Shown here one piece after another: positions 8,695 through 17,902 of a DNA stretch of 64,000 nt. The stretch comes from Acidobacteriota bacterium (lineage in GTDB: Bacteria > Acidobacteriota > Aminicenantia > UBA2199), in the NCBI GenBank assembly GCA_025456205.1, contig JALOLA010000004.1, positions 21,980-85,979 on the forward strand, in the 5' to 3' direction. How positions within the stretch are numbered: position 1 is the first letter of the stretch; every line of letters begins with the position of its first letter. The notes beneath the pieces are model-generated. The model was not told the origin of the DNA. It searched no databases and was given only the letters and a program-made list of their open reading frames with translations. A program made the translations under genes and the position numbers.

Positions 8695-9552
8695 ATGGAG
8701 TACGACTGCAAGGCCCCGGCCATGGTGGCCACGGACCTGAATGAGAACATCTGCGTAAAGAAAACCACGAACAGCTGGTTCAAGCTGCTGGTGCTGGGCA
8801 TCCTCGCCGGCGCCTACATCGGCTTCGGCGGCGAGCTTGCAAACATCGTCGGGCATGATGCGGCGACCTTCGTCGGCGCGGGCCTGGCCGCCTTCATCAA
8901 GGGCGCCGTCTTCTCGGTCGGCCTGATGCTGGTCGTCATCGCCGGGGCCGAGCTGTTCACCGGCAATACCATGATCACCATGTCGGTACTGGACGGCAAG
9001 GCCAAATTCAGCGGCCTGCTGTACAACTGGTCGGTCGTTTACGCGGCCAACTTCATCGGTTCGATGCTGATGGTTTATATCATGTTCGGCAGCGGCCTGC
9101 TGGAAGGCGGCAACGTGGCCGTGGGCGCCTCGGCCCTGAAGACCGCCGCCGCCAAGGCCAGCCTCGACTTCGGGCCCGCCTTCTTCCGCGGCATCCTCTG
9201 CAACTGGCTGGTCTGCCTGGCGGTATGGATGGCTTTGACCTCGCGCAACACCATCGGCAAAATATGGGCCATTTTCTTCCCGATCATGGCCTTCATCGCT
9301 TCCGGCTTCGAGCACAGCATCGCCAACATGTACCTCATCCCGATCGGCATCATGCTCAAGGGAGTGAACGAAGTGGTGGCCGCCGCGACTGCGGCAGGCC
9401 TTTCTCCTGAAAAACTGGCCAACGTCAGCTGGTACGGTTTCGCTGTCAAGAACTTGATCCCGGTCACGCTGGGCAATATCGTCGGCGGCGGCTTCTTCGT
9501 CGCCACTCTCTACTGGTTCGCCTACGTCCGCAAGCCCAAAAAAGCCGCCTAG
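8695..9552 (+). CDS. focA: Formate/nitrite transporter family channel (FocA-like)
   Basis: FNT-family features are present, including LFTGN and the conserved C-terminal half. Lies immediately downstream of the FDH alpha gene. Confidence 0.8.
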   Translation: MEYDCKAPAMVATDLNENICVKKTTNSWFKLLVLGILAGAYIGFGGELANIVGHDAATFVGAGLAAFIKGAVFSVGLMLVVIAGAELFTGNTMITMSVLDGKAKFSGLLYNWSVVYAANFIGSMLMVYIMFGSGLLEGGNVAVGASALKTAAAKASLDFGPAFFRGILCNWLVCLAVWMALTSRNTIGKIWAIFFPIMAFIASGFEHSIANMYLIPIGIMLKGVNEVVAAATAAGLSPEKLANVSWYGFAVKNLIPVTLGNIVGGGFFVATLYWFAYVRKPKKAA

Positions 9553-9570
9553 TTCTTATTCGCTTCATCC

Positions 9571-9606
9571 GGGGCCGTGTCCGTCAGGACCGGCCATTTT
9601 TTTTAA
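9571..9606. terminator. Bidirectional intrinsic terminator between convergent focA-like gene and the LuxR-propeller gene
   Basis: GC-rich hairpin ggccgtgtccgtcaggaccggcc followed by a T8 run (cattttttttaag). Confidence 0.6.
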
Positions 9607-9659
9607 GAGAAGAATTTTCTGTGACGCGTGACAGGCAATTACTGCCCTGTCACTGACAC

Positions 9660-12488
9660 TCAAGTCTTGAGGTTCTGAAATAGCCTGAGCAGCTGGGCGC
9701 GGTTGCGCACGGCGAGCTTCTTGAATATATGGTGCACGTGGATCTTCACCGTGCTCAGCTCGATGAACAGCTCGTCGGCGATCTCCCGGTTCGACCGCCC
9801 CTTCAGCAGCAGCTGGACGATCTCCCTCTCGCGGGGGGAGATGCCGACCTTGGCGAAGAGCTGGTCGCGCGCGGCCTCGGTCCTGACCCGGGCGGCCATG
9901 CGGCGGACGCGGTCGCGCCGCCACTCGTAGAGCAGGAGCAGGGCCAGGGCGGACGCCAGCGCCAGGAACCACCAGGACCGCCACCAGGGGGCGAGCACGC
10001 GGATGACCAGGGAGGTCTCCTTCTCATTCCAGAGCCCGTCGCTGTTGGAGCCCCTGACCCTGAAAACGTACCTGCCCGGAGGCAGGCGGGAAAAGGAAGC
10101 CAGCCTGCGCCTGGAGTCGGTCTGCACCCAGTCATCCATCAGGCCTTCCAGCCTGTAGGCATAGCGGTTCTTCTCGGGCGCGGTGTAGTCGAGGGCGGCG
10201 AACTCGAAGGAAAAGAGCGCATCCTGCGGCCGCAGGAGGATCTCGCTGGTTCTCCCAATGGGCCGGGGGAGCTTCACCTCACGGTTCAGCACCTTGAACG
10301 ATGTCAGCCATACCGGCGGCACATACACGTTGTCGAAAATATTCTGCGGCAGGAAAATATTGAAGCCGTTGCCGCCGCCGATGAACATTTCCCCTTCCCG
10401 GTTCGCCAGGATGGAGTTGCTGATGAACCCACCGCTCTGAAGACCGTCGCTCGCGTCGTAGTTGCGGAACTGCCGTGTGCGCGGCGAGAACCTCGACAAG
10501 CCCTCGGCGGTCGTCAACCAAAGGTTCCCGGACCGATCCTCGAGTATGCCGCAGACCATGTCGCTGGCCAGGCCGTCGGCCGGGGTGAAATGGACGAATC
10601 GGTCCTTCTCCCTGTCCAGACGGCTCAGGCCGCCGCCCAGGGTGCCGACCCAGAGGGCGCCATCCTGCCCTTCGTGGATGCAGAAAACATAGTTGCTGTT
10701 CAGGCTGGCCGGGTCGGCGGCATCGTGACGGTAATGGATGAATCTGCCGGTCTGGCGATCGAAGCGATCGAGCCCGCCGCCGTAGGTCCCGATCCATAAG
10801 GTCCCGCCGTGGTCTTCGCTGACGGCGCGCACGATATTGGCGGCCAGGCTGCCGGGGTCCTTTTCGTTGAAGCGGTAGCGGGTGAAGGTTCCCTGCTTGC
10901 GGTCCATGCGGTTCAGGCCGCCGCCATAGGTGCCGATCCACAAAGAGCCGGCCATGTCCTCGCAGATGGCCAGGATGCGGTCGTTGCTGATGCTGGTCGG
11001 ATCGCCCGGCTCGTGACGGTAGGCCGTGACCCGGCCGCTGCCGCGATCGAAGAGCAGCAGTCCCTTGCCGTCGGTGCCCAGCCAGAGATTTCCGTCGCGA
11101 TCGCCCGCGAGGCAGCGGACGATCGTTTTGCCCAGGCTCCCGGGCTGGCCGGGATGGTAGCCAAAATGGGAGAAGGAGTTCGTCTTGCGATCCAGCCGAT
11201 CCAACCCGTCATGGGTCGCGATCCAAAGCCCACGATCCGGGTCTTCCCAGAAGCCATAGACGGTCGTGGCACCCAGGCTGTTGGCTTTGCCCGGGAGGGC
11301 GCGATAATGGGAAAATTTCTTCCGGTTGGGGTTGAAGCGGTCGACGCCGGTGTCCCCCGTGCCGATCCACAGGATCCCCGACCGGTCTTCATGGATCGCG
11401 AATACCTGGTTGCTGCTCAGGCTCTTGGCATCGAGGGGGTCGTTCTGAAAAACAGTCGCCGCGCCGCTCCTGGCGTCCAGGCGGACCAGCCCGGCCGTGG
11501 TGCCGAACCATAACTGCCCGCTGCTGTCTTCGCAAGCCGCTATGACCGGCTCGTCCCGCAGCGGACTCCCGCCTGCGGTCGGGATCGTTACCCTCGCAAA
11601 GCGTCCGGACCGGCGGTCATGCCGGTTCAGGCCGGACTGGGTGCAGACCCAGAGGGTTCCCGTGCGGTCCTCGTGAACCGCGTAGAGGAAGTCGTTGTTC
11701 AGGCTGGCCGGGTCGGCGGGATCGTTGCGGAAAACGCTGAACCGGCCTGTCCGGCGGTCCAGGCGGATGAGCCCCCCACCGAAGGTGGCGATCCAGAGCA
11801 TGCCGTCGCTGTCCTCGCAGATGCCATGGATGTGGTTGCTGCTTCCCGGCCGGTCCGTTGCCAGTGGAAAGCGTGTAAATTTGCCGGTCGCGCGGTCCAG
11901 CCGGTTCAGTCCGTTGTCCGTACCGATCCAGAACCCTCCGTCGCGGTCCTCGAGGATGGCGCCGACGATATCATCGCTCAGGGAATCGCTGCGGTCTCGG
12001 GCATGCCGGTAGTTAGTGAAGGCGCCTTTTTCCGGGTCAAAGCGGTTGAGTCCTCCGTTCAGCGTTCCGACCCAGATGATCCCCCCCCGGTCCTCGTAAA
12101 GCTTCAAGACGGCGCTATGGCTCAGGCTGGAGGAAGAATCCGGGGAATGCTGAAAAACGGTGAAGTCGTAGCCGTCGAAGCGATTCAGCCCGTTTTCCGT
12201 GCCGAGCCATACGAAACCGTCACGGTCCTGGAGAATGGAATATACCGTTTCATGCGAGAGCCCGTCATTTTTCGAGACATTGATGAAGTTGACGTCCTCG
12301 CTCTGCGGCGCCAGGCGCTGGAAGCAGGCGAGACCGATGGCCGCGAGAACGGCGAGCCGGCGCCGCTTCCTGCTCCGCACCGGCGCGGGCAACTTGACCA
12401 CAGGTTCTGCGTTCAGGTGTGATGGCATGTGGAATCCTCTTGGAATCGGCATTGCATCAAGGTAATTAAGACGTTTCAGGCTGGGCAT
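9660..12488 (-). CDS. One-component transmembrane regulator with periplasmic two-component-regulator-propeller repeats, Y_Y_Y region, a TM segment and a C-terminal LuxR-type HTH
   Basis: N-terminal signal/TM. More than 12 repeats of the DG/NGLxxFD propeller motif (for example GFVWLGTENGLNRFDG). TM segment WWFLALASALALLLL. C-terminus REREIVQLLLKGRSNREIADELFIELSTVKIHVHHIFKKL is a LuxR/GerE HTH. Confidence 0.85.
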   Translation of the reverse strand: MPSLKRLNYLDAMPIPRGFHMPSHLNAEPVVKLPAPVRSRKRRRLAVLAAIGLACFQRLAPQSEDVNFINVSKNDGLSHETVYSILQDRDGFVWLGTENGLNRFDGYDFTVFQHSPDSSSSLSHSAVLKLYEDRGGIIWVGTLNGGLNRFDPEKGAFTNYRHARDRSDSLSDDIVGAILEDRDGGFWIGTDNGLNRLDRATGKFTRFPLATDRPGSSNHIHGICEDSDGMLWIATFGGGLIRLDRRTGRFSVFRNDPADPASLNNDFLYAVHEDRTGTLWVCTQSGLNRHDRRSGRFARVTIPTAGGSPLRDEPVIAACEDSSGQLWFGTTAGLVRLDARSGAATVFQNDPLDAKSLSSNQVFAIHEDRSGILWIGTGDTGVDRFNPNRKKFSHYRALPGKANSLGATTVYGFWEDPDRGLWIATHDGLDRLDRKTNSFSHFGYHPGQPGSLGKTIVRCLAGDRDGNLWLGTDGKGLLLFDRGSGRVTAYRHEPGDPTSISNDRILAICEDMAGSLWIGTYGGGLNRMDRKQGTFTRYRFNEKDPGSLAANIVRAVSEDHGGTLWIGTYGGGLDRFDRQTGRFIHYRHDAADPASLNSNYVFCIHEGQDGALWVGTLGGGLSRLDREKDRFVHFTPADGLASDMVCGILEDRSGNLWLTTAEGLSRFSPRTRQFRNYDASDGLQSGGFISNSILANREGEMFIGGGNGFNIFLPQNIFDNVYVPPVWLTSFKVLNREVKLPRPIGRTSEILLRPQDALFSFEFAALDYTAPEKNRYAYRLEGLMDDWVQTDSRRRLASFSRLPPGRYVFRVRGSNSDGLWNEKETSLVIRVLAPWWRSWWFLALASALALLLLYEWRRDRVRRMAARVRTEAARDQLFAKVGISPREREIVQLLLKGRSNREIADELFIELSTVKIHVHHIFKKLAVRNRAQLLRLFQNLKT

Positions 12489-12578
12489 TAGTTCCGCCTA
12501 AAGTCAATAAAATGAATTCAAGAACCTCTGGATAAATAGGATAATGAAAAGGGGCAAATAATTCAATCTTTTGGAATT

Positions 12579-12607
12579 TTGGCGGCTATCTTGAATTCTG
12601 GTATAAT
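12579..12607 (+). promoter_or_regulatory. Sigma70-like promoter for eno (-35 ttggcg, 17-nt spacer, extended -10 tggtataat)
   Basis: ttggcg at 12579-12584 and tataat at 12602-12607 preceded by tgg. AT-rich island in GC-rich DNA. RBS aaagggag before ATG 12646. Confidence 0.55.
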
Positions 12608-12630
12608 GGCGGCGTTTTATCGAGAAATGA

Positions 12631-13929
<1,299 letters not shown>

Positions 13930-13950
13930 CCGGGAGAACAAATCCTCTGT

Positions 13951-14106
13951 CAAGGCAAAAGGCAAAAGTAAAAAGGCAAAAGTGAAGAAAGCACTCATTG
14001 TACTCATATTGCGGCGGCTATCGTTTCGATCCATGTTTGGAGGATCCAGGTGAAAGCGCTTCTTTCTTACTTTCGCCTTTTGCCCTTTGCCTTTTGCCTT
14101 TCTTTT
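13951..14106. repeat. Heptamer-tandem inverted repeat element R1 (unit GCAAAAG, about 45-bp arms, about 60-bp loop)
   Basis: Left arm aaggcaaaaggcaaaagtaaaaaggcaaaagtgaagaaagc (13951-13992). Right arm gcgcttctttcttactttcgccttttgccctttgccttttgcctt (14056-14100) is its near-perfect reverse complement. Lies between eno stop and the MFS gene start. Confidence 0.85.
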
Positions 14107-14143
14107 CAGACTTGTTGCCTGATCTGCAGAATTTAGGCTGAAC

Positions 14144-15352
14144 ATGGCCACTGCAATCGACCCCGTCCCCGTGAGCCGGAATCTATGGAAGATCCTCGCC
14201 ATGAAGTTCAGCGGCGAGTTCCTGCCCATCGCCCCGGTGCTGATCCTCTACTACACGGTCCATGGCCTCAACTCCACCCAGATCTTCACCATCCAGGCCA
14301 TTTTTCACCTCGGGGTCCTGCTGCTGGAGGTCCCTTCCGGCTACCTGGCCGACGTCATCGGCCGCAGGAAGACGCTGGTCTTCGGGGCGATCTTCTATCC
14401 GCTGGGAGTGGCCGCCTACACCCTGGGGCACAGCTTCTCCGCCTTCGTGCTCGCCGAGCTGGCCTGGGCCGTCAGCGTCAGCATGCGCTCGGGCTGCGAC
14501 TCGGCCATGCTCTTCGACAGCCTGCGCCAGCTGGGGCGCGAGGGCGAGTACAAGCGTTTCGAGGGCAAGTGCGCGCTGGTCGCCCGCAGCGGCACCGCCG
14601 TGTCGTCGGTCGCCGGCGGCCTGCTGGCCTCGGTCTTCCTGCGCCTGCCGTTCCTGGTCAATTTTGCCAGCTCCCTGTTCATGCCGGCGCTGGCTCTCTC
14701 CCTGGCCGAGCCCGAGCGCGAGCCGCGCCGCTCCAAGGATCCGCTCCTCGACATTCTTCGCATCTGCCGTCACTGCCTGCTGCAGCCCCATATCCGGCCG
14801 GTGATCCTCTTCTGCGGGCTGCTCATGGCCGGTCAGCTCACCGCGCTCTGGGCCTATTTCCTGCTCTACAAGGAACTGGGCATCGGCGTGGGCTGGTTCG
14901 GGGTCCTGTTCGCCGTTTTCCAGCTGGCCGGCGCCCTGGGCGGATCGCGCTCCCATGCCTTCAGCGTGCGCTTCGGGGCCAGGGCCGCCCTCTACCTGGC
15001 GCTGCTCAGCCCGCTCTTCTTCATCCTGCTCGGCCTGCTGCCGAGCCTGTGGCTGCTGCCCCTGGTCCCGGCCAACGCCCTGCTCTGGAACCTGGCCTAC
15101 CCGGTGCTGCTCGAGCGGCTGAACCTGGCCGTCGGCTCCGACGTCCGGGCCACGGTCCTTTCCCTGGCCGGCATGGCGGGCAGCGTCACCTTCATCGTGA
15201 TTTCGCCGCTGTTCGGCCGCCTGGTCGATGCCGTCTCCCTCTCCGCCGCCTTTGCCGCCCTGGGCGGCTTCTTCCTCCTGGCCGGGCTACCGCTGCTGGC
15301 GGCCATGCTCAGGAACTGGCAGAAGGAAGTGACTATCCATGGAAAGCAATAA
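14144..15352 (+). CDS. MFS transporter
   Basis: 12 predicted TM helices, MFS-type GRR/K motif (ADVIGRRKT) between TM2 and TM3. Confidence 0.75.
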   Translation: MATAIDPVPVSRNLWKILAMKFSGEFLPIAPVLILYYTVHGLNSTQIFTIQAIFHLGVLLLEVPSGYLADVIGRRKTLVFGAIFYPLGVAAYTLGHSFSAFVLAELAWAVSVSMRSGCDSAMLFDSLRQLGREGEYKRFEGKCALVARSGTAVSSVAGGLLASVFLRLPFLVNFASSLFMPALALSLAEPEREPRRSKDPLLDILRICRHCLLQPHIRPVILFCGLLMAGQLTALWAYFLLYKELGIGVGWFGVLFAVFQLAGALGGSRSHAFSVRFGARAALYLALLSPLFFILLGLLPSLWLLPLVPANALLWNLAYPVLLERLNLAVGSDVRATVLSLAGMAGSVTFIVISPLFGRLVDAVSLSAAFAALGGFFLLAGLPLLAAMLRNWQKEVTIHGKQ

Positions 15353-15505
15353 AATCCCAAATCACAAATTCCAAATTCCAAACAAGCACCAAGCACCAAT
15401 GACCCAAACGAAAAAGAAAAACCCTCAGTGCTTTTGTTTTGGTCATTGGAATTTGGAAATTGGCGCGAAGCGTATTTGGGATTTGGTGCTTGGAATTTGG
15501 AAATT
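15353..15505. repeat. Heptamer-type inverted repeat element R2 (units CCAAATT / CCAAGCAC / CCAATGACCAAAC)
   Basis: cccaaatcacaaattccaaattccaaacaagcaccaagcaccaatgacccaaac pairs with gttttggtcattggaatttggaaattgg...atttgggatttggtgcttggaatttgg. Begins 1 nt after the MFS stop and ends before the B3/4 gene. Confidence 0.8.
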
Positions 15506-15522
15506 TTTAACTGGAGGGGCCG

Positions 15523-16248
15523 ATGAAAGAACTGACCTATGCCATCGCCGCGGAAGTTTTCACCGCGTTCCCTGAGTACCGGCGCGGAGTGGTCGTCGCC
15601 CATGGCGTGCGCAACGGCGATTCGCCCTCCGAGCTGGTCGAGCTGCTGCGCGCCGAGGAGGCGCTGGCCAGGGAAAGGCTCGGCGTAGAGACGCTGACCG
15701 CCGAGCCGCGCCTGGCCTCATGGCGCGAGGCCTTCCGCTGGCTGGGCTACAAGCCCGGCGACTTCCGGCCGTCGATCGAAGCGCTGCTGCGCCGCGTGCT
15801 GCGCGGCCAGGAATTGCCGGCCATCAGCACCCTGGTCGATATCGGCACTGTCATCTCCCTGCGTCACCTGCTGCCGGTGGGCGGCCACGCCATCGACGTT
15901 CTGGCCGGGGATATCGCCCTGCGCCCGGCGACGGGTGCCGAGGAGTTCGTGGCCTTCGGATCGGATGGAATCGAGCGCCCCGCTCCCGGCGAGTTCATTT
16001 TCACCGAAGGGCAAAAGGTCCTGACCCGGCGCTGGATCTGGCGCCAGGCCAAGCACACGCTGACCCTGCCCGGAACCGGCGCGATTGAGTTCAATATCGA
16101 CGGCCTGCCGCCGGTGGCGGACGCCCAGGTGCGAGCCGCGGGCCATGACCTGATGGATCTGGTCGCCCGCTTCTGCGGCGGCAGAACCCGCTTCGAGATC
16201 CTGGATCGGCAGCATCCGCTCCTGCGGCTGGATCGGTCCGTTCTGTGA
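15523..16248 (+). CDS. B3/B4 tRNA-binding domain protein (PheT B3/4-like stand-alone domain)
   Basis: Overall pattern resembles the B3_4 domain found in YtpR-type proteins and PheRS beta. Assignment by sequence pattern only. Confidence 0.5.
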   Translation: MKELTYAIAAEVFTAFPEYRRGVVVAHGVRNGDSPSELVELLRAEEALARERLGVETLTAEPRLASWREAFRWLGYKPGDFRPSIEALLRRVLRGQELPAISTLVDIGTVISLRHLLPVGGHAIDVLAGDIALRPATGAEEFVAFGSDGIERPAPGEFIFTEGQKVLTRRWIWRQAKHTLTLPGTGAIEFNIDGLPPVADAQVRAAGHDLMDLVARFCGGRTRFEILDRQHPLLRLDRSVL

Positions 16249-16385
16249 GGAAAGTCCATTCCCATGCGCCTGAAAAACAAATCCGGCTTCCTGTCCGTAT
16301 AAAAGCCGAGCCTATTCAAAAAATTGAATAATATTGGAAATCCACCATGGCGGATGGTACAACAACTTCAAATAAGGAGAAAAGG

Positions 16386-17888
16386 ATGACAAAAAAAAGC
16401 AAGCGGGCCATGCTGGCCCTGTTCGCCCTGCTGGCATTCTGCGGCAGCGGCCTGTCCGGGCAGACCCTGGATAAAATGAAAACCCTGATCCACGAGAAGA
16501 CCCTGAAGAACGGCATGAAGTTCATCGTCATGGAGCAGCACGAAGCCCCGGTGGCCTCGTTCCATGTCTACGCCGACGTGGGCAGCGCCCAGGAAAGCTA
16601 CGGCATCACCGGGATATCCCATTTCCTGGAGCATATGGCCTTCAAAGGCACGACCACCGTCGGCACCAAGGATTACGCCGCCGAGGCCAGGGTCCTGGCT
16701 GAGCTGGACCAGGCATACGAGGCGCACAGGCGCGAGCAGGCGAAGATCAAGCCCGATGAGGCGGCTCTCAAGGAGCTGAAAGCCCGCTTCGAGGCGCTGC
16801 AGCTGAAGGCCAAGGAGTACGTGGTCAACAACGAGTATTTCGACATGGTCATGGAGCAGGGCGATACCGGGGTCAACGCCTACACCAATTATGATGCCAC
16901 CCAGTACCTCAACAGCCTGCCGGCCAACAAGCTGGAGTTCTGGATGGCCATCACCTCCGACCGCTTCCTGAACCCGGTCTTCCGCGAGTTTTACAAGGAG
17001 CGCGACGTCATCATGGAGGAGCGCCGCCTGGGCCTGGAGACCCAGCCCATCGGCAAACTGATCGAGGACTTCATGGCCGTGGCCTACAAGGCCCATCCCT
17101 ATCACCACCATGTCATCGGGCACATGTCCGACATCCAGGCCATCAGTCACCAGGACATGAAGGATTACTTCGCGAAATACTATTCCCCCAGCAACCTGAC
17201 CGCGGCCATCGTCGGCGATGTCGATCCCCGGGAGGTCTTTCGCCTGGCCGAGCTGTACTTCGGGCGCATCCCCAGCGGTCCCCGACCCGAGCCCCTGCGC
17301 ACCCGCGAGCCCGAGCAGTGGGGCGAGCGCCGGGCCACGGTCACGGCGCAATCGCAGCCGGTGCTGATCGTGGGCTTCCACAAGCCCGCTTCCCAGCATG
17401 CCGACAACGGCGCCCTGGACGCCCTGGCCAACATCATCGGCCAGGGGCGCTCCTCGCGCCTTTGGGAGAGCCTGGTGAAAAAGGAGCAGGTCGCCGCCCA
17501 GGTCGGCTGCTTCAACAACTTCCCGGGCGAAAAATATCCCAACCTGATCGCCTTCTTCTCCATGCCCAGCAAGGACAAGACCGCGGCCCAGTCCCTGGAG
17601 CTGATCGACAAGGAGATCGAGAGGATCAAGACCGAGCCGGTCAGCGCCCAGGAGCTGGCCAAGTACAAGCAGATGACCAAGAAAGGCCTGATCGGCCAGA
17701 TGAAGTCCAATGCCCGCCTGGCGGCCCTGCTGACCGCCTATGAAGTGATCCAGGGAGACTGGCGGCTGGTTTTCGACGAGCTTGCCGCCATTGACAAGAT
17801 CACCGCCGCCGACATCCAGCGCGTGGCCAACACCTATCTCATCGCCACCAACCGCACGGTCGGCGAGATCGTTCCCGAGAAGAAGTAA
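16386..17888 (+). CDS. M16 family zinc peptidase (insulinase/pitrilysin-like), secreted
   Basis: HFLEHMAFKGT (HxxEH inverted zinc motif) and a signal peptide. ATG at 16386 is preceded by aaggag, so I preferred it over the track start. Confidence 0.85.
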   Translation: MTKKSKRAMLALFALLAFCGSGLSGQTLDKMKTLIHEKTLKNGMKFIVMEQHEAPVASFHVYADVGSAQESYGITGISHFLEHMAFKGTTTVGTKDYAAEARVLAELDQAYEAHRREQAKIKPDEAALKELKARFEALQLKAKEYVVNNEYFDMVMEQGDTGVNAYTNYDATQYLNSLPANKLEFWMAITSDRFLNPVFREFYKERDVIMEERRLGLETQPIGKLIEDFMAVAYKAHPYHHHVIGHMSDIQAISHQDMKDYFAKYYSPSNLTAAIVGDVDPREVFRLAELYFGRIPSGPRPEPLRTREPEQWGERRATVTAQSQPVLIVGFHKPASQHADNGALDALANIIGQGRSSRLWESLVKKEQVAAQVGCFNNFPGEKYPNLIAFFSMPSKDKTAAQSLELIDKEIERIKTEPVSAQELAKYKQMTKKGLIGQMKSNARLAALLTAYEVIQGDWRLVFDELAAIDKITAADIQRVANTYLIATNRTVGEIVPEKK

Positions 17889-17902
17889 AGGAAGGATGCA
17901 CC

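Noticed and set aside
13951-14106. CRISPR array interpretation of the heptamer tandem arrays
   Set aside because: Units are 7 nt, directly abutting with no spacers, with only 4-5 copies and no cas genes. The architecture is an inverted repeat, not repeat-spacer.
14183-15402. 405-aa + ORF and 257-aa - ORF overlapping the MFS gene
   Set aside because: Alternate frames of the MFS transporter gene. Pro/Arg/Gly-rich translations.
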